Source: Candidatus Micrarchaeota archaeon (GTDB lineage: Archaea > Micrarchaeota > Micrarchaeia > Anstonellales > Anstonellaceae). Taken from it: 19,253 nucleotides of DNA. The DNA is taken from contig DUFS01000033.1 of NCBI GenBank assembly GCA_013331805.1, positions 1 through 19,253 on the forward strand. Direction: 5' to 3'. A program made the translations under genes and the position numbers. Below are positions 1 through 7,894 of this stretch, in pieces. The notes under the pieces were generated by a model. It was not told the origin of the DNA and ran no database searches. It saw only the letters and a program-made list of their open reading frames with translations. How positions within the stretch are numbered: position 1 is the first letter of the stretch; each line of letters begins with the position of its first letter.

Positions 1-20
1 TCGGGCAGGTTGCAGGTGCT

Positions 21-1049
21 TTGACAGCTGTCGTTGCGAATGTGGTCAATCCTCTTGGATGGCTGCGGATGCTGGCAGATGCCACCATTCCAAAAGACCT
101 GACAACCATAGGACTTACATTTGGCGGAGCCGCTGTTCTGATTTTGGCAACATGGTCAAAATACAGGATCAAAGTAGCCATAAATAACGTCAGAGAGTTT
201 TCAGACAGTCTTTTCTACCTGGCTAAGGAAGTCGCCCCTGCAAATGAGCTAGCCATGAAATTAAGAAACGAGGCACTAGAATTCGCTTCTGCGCAGGAAA
301 AAATGACAAGATCATATCAACTCCATCACATTGAGGCTGCTTCGTATATTGCCAGCCTGTCACTTGGCAAGGTTTCAGTTGACATATTGGAGGAAGCTAA
401 CAAAAAAACCAAGGAGGAAATCAAATCCGGCAGGCAATTTCTGGAAGATACGCGGAGGAGTTATCATGCCCTTGCCAAGAAACTATCTGAACTTAAGCGC
501 CAATCGAGCCATCTTACCGAGTATGGCAAGACAGATTTTGATATAGCTGCAAAATACCTGAAAGAGATAGCTAAGACGCGCTTTACTCTCAGCAAAGAAC
601 TGACATCAACATCTTTCCGCACTCGAGACATGGATGAACTCATAGAACATCTGAAAAGCTCAGAACAGGTGTCTTATACGGATGAAACGACTAGGGCGTG
701 CTTGAATGCAGTTTTCAAGGGCATCCTGGGTGCTGTTGAGCTGAAAAGGAACATTCTCGCAGGACCTCGGGGCGGTTCAAATGAGACTTTTGTGAAATTG
801 GAGGCTTCCAATATATTTGACGGTTCAGTAGAGAGCTGGTCTAGCATAATAAGATATTATATGCCCATCGCAAAAAAAGATAAGGAAACTGTTGATGAAC
901 TCCTGGTTTATCTTGCGACTTGTTCCGATCTGTATTCGCAGGCTATGGAAACGGGCTCAAGGAACATCCTAAATACGGCAATACTCACGAATCTCAGTTT
1001 GCGATCGAACTACTACTCTGAAGTTTTGGCAATCAGCAGGCAGAACTGA
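21..1049 (+). CDS. Hypothetical protein with N-terminal hydrophobic helix and helical/coiled-coil body; may begin upstream of the window
   Basis: 342-aa ORF whose frame stays open back to position 3. Hydrophobic segment LTTIGLTFGGAAVLILATW is followed by charged helical sequence. Looks more AT-rich than the core genes. No family recognised. Confidence 0.7.
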   Translation: MTAVVANVVNPLGWLRMLADATIPKDLTTIGLTFGGAAVLILATWSKYRIKVAINNVREFSDSLFYLAKEVAPANELAMKLRNEALEFASAQEKMTRSYQLHHIEAASYIASLSLGKVSVDILEEANKKTKEEIKSGRQFLEDTRRSYHALAKKLSELKRQSSHLTEYGKTDFDIAAKYLKEIAKTRFTLSKELTSTSFRTRDMDELIEHLKSSEQVSYTDETTRACLNAVFKGILGAVELKRNILAGPRGGSNETFVKLEASNIFDGSVESWSSIIRYYMPIAKKDKETVDELLVYLATCSDLYSQAMETGSRNILNTAILTNLSLRSNYYSEVLAISRQN

Positions 1050-1150
1050 AAGCTTATTTTCGCCGGAAAAGGCAAAGGTTAAATTAGCAGACGGTCTCAA
1101 AGAAACGGTCAGGCTTTATCTCGGGCACGAGAAAAAAGGAAGTGAATCCC

Positions 1151-1918
1151 ATGGGCAAGGTTGAAGAATACATAAAGGACGGGATCGCGCGCAAGGGCGG
1201 ATTGCTGTTTGCCCTAATCGACCCTGTGGACTACAAGGACCCCAAGGGCGCGATTTCGGCCGGCGTGCAGTCGGCAGAATCCGGCGCGGACATAATCCTC
1301 ATAGGCGGGAGCATGGGCGCGCAGGGCGAGCTTCTGGACAGCGTGACAAAAGGAATTAAGGATAGCGTGAGCGTGCCGATCGTGCTATTTCCCGGCAACA
1401 TCTCCACCCTCACCAAATATGCGGATGCAGTCTACTTCATGTCGCTTCTGAACAGCCGCAACCCCTACTGGGTTTCCCAGGCGCAGATGCTTGCAGCCCC
1501 GGTGGTTCGGCGCATGGGCATAGAGGCGCTTCCAGTGGGCTATATTGTAATCGAGCCGGGCGGCACTGTGGGCTTTGTAGGGGATGCCAAGCTGGTGCCG
1601 CGCGACAGGCCGCAAATCGCAGCAGCGATGGCAATGGCAGCAGAGCTTTCTGGCTTCAGGCTCATTCTCACGGACTCTGGCAGCAATCCTGCAACCGGCC
1701 ACATGCCGCTTGAAATGGTCTCTGCAGTTGCGAAATCCATTTCAGTGCCCTATATTGTGGGCGGCGGGGTGCGCACGCCCAAGGAAGCGGGCGCGGTCAT
1801 CGCGGCAGGCGCGGGCGCTGTCCAAGTGGGCACTGCGCTTGAGTCCGGAGGCGACCTGAAAAAGCGGGTTTCCGAAATGGCCAGGGCAATCCGCGAGGCA
1901 GGCAGGAAAAAGGCATAG
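1151..1918 (+). CDS. Geranylgeranylglyceryl phosphate synthase (group II GGGPS)
   Basis: Motifs LIDP, IGGS, P(I)VLFPG, ADAVYFMSLLNSRNPYW, GYIVIEPG, VGGGVR and VGT. ATG 1151 preferred over GTG 1142. Confidence 0.93.
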   Translation: MGKVEEYIKDGIARKGGLLFALIDPVDYKDPKGAISAGVQSAESGADIILIGGSMGAQGELLDSVTKGIKDSVSVPIVLFPGNISTLTKYADAVYFMSLLNSRNPYWVSQAQMLAAPVVRRMGIEALPVGYIVIEPGGTVGFVGDAKLVPRDRPQIAAAMAMAAELSGFRLILTDSGSNPATGHMPLEMVSAVAKSISVPYIVGGGVRTPKEAGAVIAAGAGAVQVGTALESGGDLKKRVSEMARAIREAGRKKA

Positions 1919-1931
1919 GCTGCAGGTTTTT

Positions 1932-2534
1932 ATGGCGCTCAAACTTTCCCTATCTTCAGACTACGACACTGCCAAGGAGGCTGCCAAGGGAACAGTGCTT
2001 TCAGACGGCATTGTAATCTACCCGACCGATACCCTTTACGGGCTGGGCTGCAATGCGCTTTCAGAAAAGGCTGTTGCAAAGGTGTACGGGGCAAAAAAGC
2101 GGGAAAAGGCAAAGCCCCTCTCGATTATTGTGGCCGATTACAAAATGCTCCTTGACTACTGCGAGGTTTCATCAGCGCAGGAAAGGATTCTGCACTCGCT
2201 CCTTCCAGGCCCCTACACTTTCATACTCAAGCTGCGAAAGAAGCTGCCAGCCTCTAATCAGCTTTCAATAGGCGTGAGGGTGCCTGAGCACATGTTCATG
2301 CGCCTGGTCGCTGCCGAGCTTTCATTGCCCATAGTCTCCACCTCTGCGAACCTGTCCGGCGAGAAAGAGGCTGCACAAGCTTCCGAGGTCGACCCCCTGG
2401 TTGCACGCGAAGCGGACTTATTCGTGGATGGCGGAAAGTGCCAATACGCGAAAGGATCGACCGTAATCGATTTAATCCAGATGAAAGTAGTAAGGCTGGG
2501 CGCGGTCAGGCAAGGAGACCGCTTTGAATTTTAG
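1932..2534 (+). CDS. sua5: L-threonylcarbamoyladenylate synthase (TsaC/YrdC/Sua5 family, single domain)
   Basis: YPTDTLYGLGC, KxR..KPLS, LPGPYT, GVRVP and STSANLSG motifs. At 200 aa it lacks the C-terminal SUA5 domain. Confidence 0.93.
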   Translation: MALKLSLSSDYDTAKEAAKGTVLSDGIVIYPTDTLYGLGCNALSEKAVAKVYGAKKREKAKPLSIIVADYKMLLDYCEVSSAQERILHSLLPGPYTFILKLRKKLPASNQLSIGVRVPEHMFMRLVAAELSLPIVSTSANLSGEKEAAQASEVDPLVAREADLFVDGGKCQYAKGSTVIDLIQMKVVRLGAVRQGDRFEF

Positions 2535-2545
2535 GTGAGGGAAAA

Positions 2546-3148
2546 ATGGCAATCTCGTTCGGCACGCTGCAGATAGAATGCGACGCATCAGTTTACGAGC
2601 CAGCCGAGGATTCCTTCCTGCTTGCGACCTATGCCTCCTCGCTTGAGGGCAGGATACTGGACATAGGGACAGGCACCGGTATTGCTGCGCTTTCCGCAGC
2701 ATACGCAGAGCGGAGGAACGACGTAATCGGAGTGGACACCAATCCAGCGGCAATAGAATGCGCAAAAAAGAATGCCAAGCTGAACAACCTGGGCAATGTG
2801 GAATTTCTTGTTTCAGACCTGTTTGCAGGCGTTTCAGGCAAGTTCGATGCCATTCTCTTCAATCCGCCCTATCTCCCCACCTCGCGGGAGGAGCGGCTGA
2901 AAAACGCCAAGGAGAATGCAGCATACGATGGCGGGCTTAGCGGATTGGAAGTATTCTTCAGGTTTGCTCTCGACGTTGCCCGATTCCTTCCTTCAGGGGG
3001 CAGGGCTGCAGTGATAGCAACCTCCCTCAACAACGGTATCGAGCAGACACTGATACAGCTCAAGGACAGCATGGGCATTGCCTCGGTGGTCGCGCAGGAG
3101 GGCTTCTTTTTCGAGAAAATCGCCCTTGTAGAGGCGATCATGCCATGA
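2546..3148 (+). CDS. HemK2/PrmC-like (Mtq2-type) SAM-dependent glutamine methyltransferase
   Basis: VYEPAEDSFLL, LDIGTGTG, SDLF, FNPPYLP and DGG motifs. SD AGGTGA at 2533-2538. Confidence 0.9.
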   Translation: MAISFGTLQIECDASVYEPAEDSFLLATYASSLEGRILDIGTGTGIAALSAAYAERRNDVIGVDTNPAAIECAKKNAKLNNLGNVEFLVSDLFAGVSGKFDAILFNPPYLPTSREERLKNAKENAAYDGGLSGLEVFFRFALDVARFLPSGGRAAVIATSLNNGIEQTLIQLKDSMGIASVVAQEGFFFEKIALVEAIMP

Positions 3149-3867
3149 CACAAAGCCGCTTCAGGATAATCCTCGTGGAGCCAGAGTACGGGCTCAACAT
3201 AGGCGCAGTGGCGCGAGCAATGAAGAACTTCGGCTTTTCCGACCTTGTGCTCGTGAACCCGAAATGCAACCCGCAGGGCTTTGACGCAGTGAAGTACTCG
3301 AAGCACGCCAGGGATTTGCTCGAGTCCGCCAAAGTCTTCAAAACCCTGCAGCAGGCTGCTTCTGGCTGCAAGCATACCGTAGGCACAACGGGCGTCCTCT
3401 ACAGGCACTGGGACAAGACATTCAGGACCCCGATCCCCCTTAGGGAACTCAAGGCAAAGCTCGATAAGGGCTTCGAAGGCAAAATAGCGCTCGTTTTTGG
3501 CAACGAGGGGTTAGGGCTTTCTGAAAAGGACATATCGGCCAGTGACTTCCTTATCACCATACCCTCAAGCGAAGATTACCCTGTGCTCAACCTCTCGCAC
3601 GCGGTGGCAATTGTGCTTTACGAGCTTTCTGGCCTCGGCAAGGAGTATTACCTCTCAGCAGGAGCAAAGGAAAAGGACGAACTTGTCAAGGCGTTCAACC
3701 TCATGACCGGCCGCTACTCCAAAATAATGCGCAATCCTGCAAAGGCGAAAGTGGCTTTCCGCAGGATGGTTGGGCGGTCAATGCTCTCTGACAAGGAGTG
3801 CGCCACAATTTTGGGCGTGGTCCGCCGCACGCTTTCCGAGCTTGGGAAAAAAGGAGGGAAAAAATGA
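3145..3867 (+). CDS. trmJ: SPOUT tRNA 2'-O-methyltransferase, TrmJ/LasT family
   Basis: ILVEP..NIGAVARAMKNFG, LVFGNEGLGL and YPVLNLSHAVAI motifs. ATGA overlap with the previous gene. Confidence 0.9.
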   Translation: MTQSRFRIILVEPEYGLNIGAVARAMKNFGFSDLVLVNPKCNPQGFDAVKYSKHARDLLESAKVFKTLQQAASGCKHTVGTTGVLYRHWDKTFRTPIPLRELKAKLDKGFEGKIALVFGNEGLGLSEKDISASDFLITIPSSEDYPVLNLSHAVAIVLYELSGLGKEYYLSAGAKEKDELVKAFNLMTGRYSKIMRNPAKAKVAFRRMVGRSMLSDKECATILGVVRRTLSELGKKGGKK

Positions 3868-4216
3868 ACAGCAAGAAATTCTACCTGGTTACACTAGTAC
3901 TCTCTGCCTCCTGCCTTGTGCTTACTGCATTCATGTGGCGTTCGCCTGCCCTTCTGGCGCTTTTCCTGCTGGTCAACGCAGGAGCGCTGGCGGCTGGAAG
4001 AGGAAAAGTTGAAGGAAAAGGGATGCCATTCTCTTCTTCCTCTCGGCAATTTCCGGGGCTGCCGCAGAATTGTTTGTCATCTCAATTGGCGGCGCCTGGT
4101 TCTACCTGCAGCAGCACCTTTTCGGAATACCCATACGGCTCCCGCTTGTCTGGGGCACTGCCGGCGTTTTCCTGCTTCGGCTTTCGGACGCGATAAAGCA
4201 GCTTGTGAAGGAGTAA
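3864..4216 (+). pseudogene. Frameshifted multi-pass membrane protein (DUF2878-like)
   Basis: ATG 3864 overlaps the trmJ stop (ATGA) and gives MNSKKFYLVTLVLSASCLVLTAFMWRSPALLALFLLVNAG. The hydrophobic protein continues in another frame from ~4022: DAILFFLSAISGAAAELFVISIGGAWFYLQQHLFGIPIRLPLVWGTAGVFLLRLSDAIKQLVKE, stop at 4214-4216. Confidence 0.7.
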
Positions 4217-4220
4217 ATCT

Positions 4221-4316
4221 TCATCCGACCTTTCCAAAAAAGAGCACGGACAGGAAGCCCAGCAAAAGCAGTGCTGCGATGAGGAATATCGCAATCTTCC
4301 AGGCAGGGATTGCCAT
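4221..4316 (-). CDS. Small single-pass membrane peptide (31 aa)
   Basis: MAIPAWKIAIFLIAALLLLGFLSVLFFGKVG*. TATA-like TTTTATT on the minus strand (4344-4338) lies 21 nt upstream of the ATG. Below the ORF-track cutoff. Confidence 0.55.
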   Translation of the reverse strand: MAIPAWKIAIFLIAALLLLGFLSVLFFGKVG

Positions 4317-4428
4317 AAGGGATGAACGATGAAGGGCAATAAAACACTTGCCCCCGGCTTCCGCTAATCAAACGAAAAACATCCTTCCAGTCGCCTATCT
4401 GATTGGACTCGCCCTGCTCGTCCAATTC

Positions 4429-4453
4429 TGAAAAATTTCTACGAAATTTTTCA
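4429..4453. repeat. AT-rich inverted repeat (11-bp arms, 3-nt spacer) at the sepF stop; possible terminator or protein-binding site
   Basis: TGAAAAATTTC-TAC-GAAATTTTTCA; the arms are perfect reverse complements. Confidence 0.5.
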
Positions 4454-4816
4454 TTTCTTCCTGCTCTTGACTATCTTTACCTTGCTTGGAGTGAGCAGTA
4501 TCTTGTCGTTGTCAATCCTCGCGATGTCGCCGTTTATCTTCGTGACGTACATCTTGATGTTGTCAATTGTCTGCTTGAGCTTGTTGGGCTGCTTTGACAT
4601 GGGCGAGACATTCAGGAGGATGATGTTCCTGCTCTTCAGCTCCTCCATGATGACTGACACGTCGTTTTCGCTCTCGAGCGCCACGGGCTTGACATAGAAG
4701 TCAGCCGCCTCATGGAGCACGTCGACATTCTCCATTTCGACAGTGTTCATATACTCCTCGAGGTTCATTTCCTTTGAAATGCCTATGCTCTTGGAGATCT
4801 TTTCGAGTATGCCCAT
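4451..4816 (-). CDS. sepF: Archaeal cell division protein SepF
   Basis: N-terminal amphipathic helix MGILEKISKSIG, then EL..RNIILLNV and GDIARI...ILLTP..VKI. SD GAGGTGA upstream. Confidence 0.88.
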   Translation of the reverse strand: MGILEKISKSIGISKEMNLEEYMNTVEMENVDVLHEAADFYVKPVALESENDVSVIMEELKSRNIILLNVSPMSKQPNKLKQTIDNIKMYVTKINGDIARIDNDKILLTPSKVKIVKSRKK

Positions 4817-4930
4817 CTTCTCACCTCAGTAGTTTTCAGTGGTTCTGCGATCGGATATTCGGAGGATATCTTAATAAGGCTTTTTCCTCTCATTCAAAAC
4901 CCGCGCAATTCGGCTTGGGGAAGGGTCACA

Positions 4931-6160
4931 ATGCCAACTTTTTCGGAAATACTAAACAAGCCCTCGGTCTTCCTGGACCGGAACGTGCTCTCCCCCCACT
5001 ACATACCTGAAACGCTGCCCTTCCGCGAAAAGGAGATAGAAAGGATAATGAACGGGCTTTCGCCAGCGCTCCGGAACGAGCGACCCAGGAACATGTTCAT
5101 CTACGGCAAGACAGGCACTGGCAAGACCTGCTCGGTCAAGCACGTCATCGGCAAGCTGGTGGAGCACAAGGACAAGGGAACTGTCGCCTCATGCTACATA
5201 AACTGCAGGATGTACAACTCCCGCTACCGCGTGGTTCAGAAAATCACCAAGGAGATCCTCCCTGCCCTTGACTCCATGGGGTTCGGCTTTGCCATGCTCT
5301 ACGAGAAGATGATGGGCGAGATTCGGGGGGGCGGCAAAAGGCTGATCGTGGTGCTGGACGAGGTGGACATGGTAAAGGACCTGGACGACCTCCTCTACAC
5401 GCTCACGCGCGCAAACGACGAGCTTGAAAGGGGGAGCATCTGCGTGATTGGCATCTCCAACAGGCTTTCCTTCAAGGAGCAGCTGGACCCCCGCTCGCGC
5501 TCCTCGCTTTGCGAAAACGAGATGGTCTTCCCGCCCTATACCGCGACCCAGCTGCAGGCGATAATTTCGCAGCGGGCGAAAATGGGCTTCAAGCCGCACG
5601 TCGTGGAGGATTCGGCAGTGAACCTTGCAGCTGCAATCTGCGCATCAGAGACAGGCGACGCCCGCTACGCGCTCAAGCTGCTCGTGAAGTCAGGCGAAAT
5701 AGCGGATGAGCACTCCCTGAAGAGGATAACCGACAAGGAGGTGGAAGACGCGCGCCGCTCGGTTGACACAGACGTGGCATTCGAGGCCATTTCCACCCTT
5801 CCTGACCACCAGCAGCTGGTGCTCCTCTCAATAGCAGAGCTTGCGCTTGACAAGGGCAAGAACACCAGACTCACCACAGGCACCCCTGAGGAGGACGACT
5901 CCTTCCTAATCTCAGGGGAAGTATATGAGGAATACTGCAAGACAGCGAGGAAGTTCCGAAAGCCGCGAAGAAGCGCGCGCTGGTACCGCGAATATTTGAA
6001 CGACCTTGAGATGCTGGGGCTCATCACCACGGTGGAGTCCGGACAGGGCATGCGGGGCAGGACCAGGCTCATCCGCATAGGCTACCCTGCCACAGACGTC
6101 AAAAAAATAGTGGAAAAGAACTTCTTGATAATCGAGTCTTCAGACCATCGCGGGGCTTGA
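4931..6160 (+). CDS. cdc6: Orc1/Cdc6 replication initiator
   Basis: Y.PETLPFRE, Walker A GKTGTGKT, YINC, Walker B IVVLDEVD, FPPY and GDARYA, plus a winged helix with LEMLGLI and GMRGRTR. Confidence 0.96.
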   Translation: MPTFSEILNKPSVFLDRNVLSPHYIPETLPFREKEIERIMNGLSPALRNERPRNMFIYGKTGTGKTCSVKHVIGKLVEHKDKGTVASCYINCRMYNSRYRVVQKITKEILPALDSMGFGFAMLYEKMMGEIRGGGKRLIVVLDEVDMVKDLDDLLYTLTRANDELERGSICVIGISNRLSFKEQLDPRSRSSLCENEMVFPPYTATQLQAIISQRAKMGFKPHVVEDSAVNLAAAICASETGDARYALKLLVKSGEIADEHSLKRITDKEVEDARRSVDTDVAFEAISTLPDHQQLVLLSIAELALDKGKNTRLTTGTPEEDDSFLISGEVYEEYCKTARKFRKPRRSARWYREYLNDLEMLGLITTVESGQGMRGRTRLIRIGYPATDVKKIVEKNFLIIESSDHRGA

Positions 6161-6330
6161 AGGCACCTGCCCCCTGCTTTCTTGAGGCGCCTCTGTCACG
6201 ATTTCCTTAACTTCGACGTCTCCAAAGCAACCGTTCCATACCTTTATTTTTGTTGCAACGTTGTTTGCCAGATCTCTTTTTCCCGCTGTATGCATAAGCC
6301 CATCCGGGTCTTCCGTGGCAAAACTCCCTC

Positions 6331-6338
6331 TTTAAATA
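6331..6338 (+). promoter_or_regulatory. TATA box of the PLP-enzyme gene (probably leaderless transcript)
   Basis: TTTAAATA ends 23 nt before ATG 6362; no SD. Confidence 0.55.
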
Positions 6339-6361
6339 ACTATCTATACATTTTTTATCAC

Positions 6362-7297
6362 ATGATTGAAGTGAAACAAGCGCCACCAAAGAAAATAGTC
6401 CAGAATAATGCAAATCTTTTCGAAAAATTGCGCATTCCTCCGCTTGTCGAGTATACTGCCGAGCTTGGTTTCCTTCTGCCCAATAAAAATTTGAGGCTCT
6501 TTGTCCAGGATCACCACAAGAACCCTGGCGGAACAATAAAGGACTGGCGCGCTCGCCGCATTCTGGACCAAATAGGCTTTAATCTCAAAATCAACAGGCT
6601 GGTCATAGTGACTGCCGGGAACGCGGGCTACAGCGCCAGAATGTTCTTTCCAGAGAAAGAAGTCGTGTGCGTTGTGGATGAGAAGACGAACGGGAAAATA
6701 ACCAAAAAGTTGGAAAAAGTCCATGCCAAGGTGCTTAAGCTCGATTTATCCACTAAGCTTCATAGCAAAGAGGAAATAGTAAAATTCGTTGCAAAAAAGC
6801 TGGGGGATGAAAATAAAAAAGCCATGGAAATCTCAAGCGGCTTTCACGATGCCTATAAACCATTATTGAAATCCATAACCCGGGAGATCAGGTGGTTCAG
6901 GAGGAAGGAAATCCCGAAACAAACCGCCATCCACGTGGTTTTCCCAATCGGTTCGGGGGAGGTCGCAACTGGGTTCATATCCAGTCTGGATGACGAAAAC
7001 ATGAGGCTGGTCGCTGTAAGTCCTTCAGAAAACCCCAGCATCGCAGACAAGCTCAATGGAAAAAACAGGTTATACGAAAATTATCTCAGTTATTATTTTC
7101 AATTTAAAGGTTCGCCCCTTCAATGGCTTCGGATAGGGGAAAATGAAATATTCAACGCATGCTGGGAAGTTAATGCGCTTAAAACATTGAAATCTGAAGA
7201 ATCCGCAGCAATCGCGTTTGCCGCCCTTCCGAAAATAGAGGCAAAGGAGGGCGACACCATAGTGGTGGTGAACACCGGCTGGGGCATTAGGGCATAA
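6362..7297 (+). CDS. Fold-type-II PLP-dependent enzyme (threonine synthase/cysteine synthase-like), divergent
   Basis: NPGGTIKD (PLP lysine), TAGNAG, PIGSG, EESAAIAFAAL and VVVNTGWG match PALP family motifs. Start moved to ATG 6362 based on TATA spacing. Confidence 0.8.
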   Translation: MIEVKQAPPKKIVQNNANLFEKLRIPPLVEYTAELGFLLPNKNLRLFVQDHHKNPGGTIKDWRARRILDQIGFNLKINRLVIVTAGNAGYSARMFFPEKEVVCVVDEKTNGKITKKLEKVHAKVLKLDLSTKLHSKEEIVKFVAKKLGDENKKAMEISSGFHDAYKPLLKSITREIRWFRRKEIPKQTAIHVVFPIGSGEVATGFISSLDDENMRLVAVSPSENPSIADKLNGKNRLYENYLSYYFQFKGSPLQWLRIGENEIFNACWEVNALKTLKSEESAAIAFAALPKIEAKEGDTIVVVNTGWGIRA

Positions 7298-7328
7298 GGT
7301 TAATTTAGGCTCGTTCCCCACTGATGGC

Positions 7329-7856
7329 ATGCCGGATAAAAAGGCCAGGAAAACGTTTTTTCTGCTTCTCGAATCCCTTTCACTCAAGAATCTTCCCAGG
7401 ACAGGCTGGGTAAATGCAAAGGCGCCTCGCGAGTCAGTGGCAGAGCACACATATGGCGCCTGCCTGATTGCGCTTGTTCTGGCAAGAATGGAAGGAATGG
7501 GCGGAAAGGGGGAATCAGCTCTGCTCAGGAGGGTACTTCTCCATGACCTTCACGAGGCAAGGATTGGCGACCTTACTCCTGGTCAAAAAGCGAAACAAAA
7601 GCCGGACGAAAAGAAAGTGGAAAGGGAAATGCTGGGAAAAACACATCTTGAAAAGGAAATAGCTCTTCTTGCTGACGACAAATTAGCGGTCCTGGCAAAG
7701 GACGCAGACAGGCTGGACATGCTTTTGCGGGCGGTTGAGAATTCGAACGCAGGCAACAGGAACATGCGGCGGTTCATCGGCGCTGCGCTTGGGCAGATAA
7801 AAAGCAAGTCCGGGAAGAAACTGGCAAAAATGGCGCTTGAAAAGCTGGAAAAGTAG
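7329..7856 (+). CDS. HD-domain 5'-deoxynucleotidase (YfbR/HDDC2-like)
   Basis: LK.LPRTGW, ESVAEH, LLHDLHEARIGD and DADRLD motifs. Confidence 0.9.
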   Translation: MPDKKARKTFFLLLESLSLKNLPRTGWVNAKAPRESVAEHTYGACLIALVLARMEGMGGKGESALLRRVLLHDLHEARIGDLTPGQKAKQKPDEKKVEREMLGKTHLEKEIALLADDKLAVLAKDADRLDMLLRAVENSNAGNRNMRRFIGAALGQIKSKSGKKLAKMALEKLEK

Positions 7857-7894
7857 CTACTACTTATTTAAACACTTATCTGCACATTCACTCC

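Noticed and set aside
3990..4025. Programmed -1 ribosomal frameshift
   Set aside because: No in-frame X XXY YYZ heptamer or evident stimulatory structure; mutation or assembly error is simpler.
4348..4431. Short hydrophobic plus-strand frame LPPASANQTKNILPVAYLIGLALLVQF*
   Set aside because: Only a TTG start, no SD or promoter, 27 codons; possibly a remnant but not supportable as a gene.
4429..4453. XerA dif site
   Set aside because: dif sites have 11-bp arms with a 6-bp spacer; the spacer here is 3 bp and the arms do not resemble the dif consensus.
4817..4930. Replication origin (ORB boxes) next to cdc6
   Set aside because: Only one partial match (TTCAGTGG, 4835-4842), with no GAAA half or G-string. 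No repeated ORBs or long AT-rich unwinding element on either side of cdc6.
6182..6361. 60-aa N-terminal extension of the PLP enzyme
   Set aside because: TTG start, non-protein-like sequence, and it spans the TATA box that points to ATG 6362.
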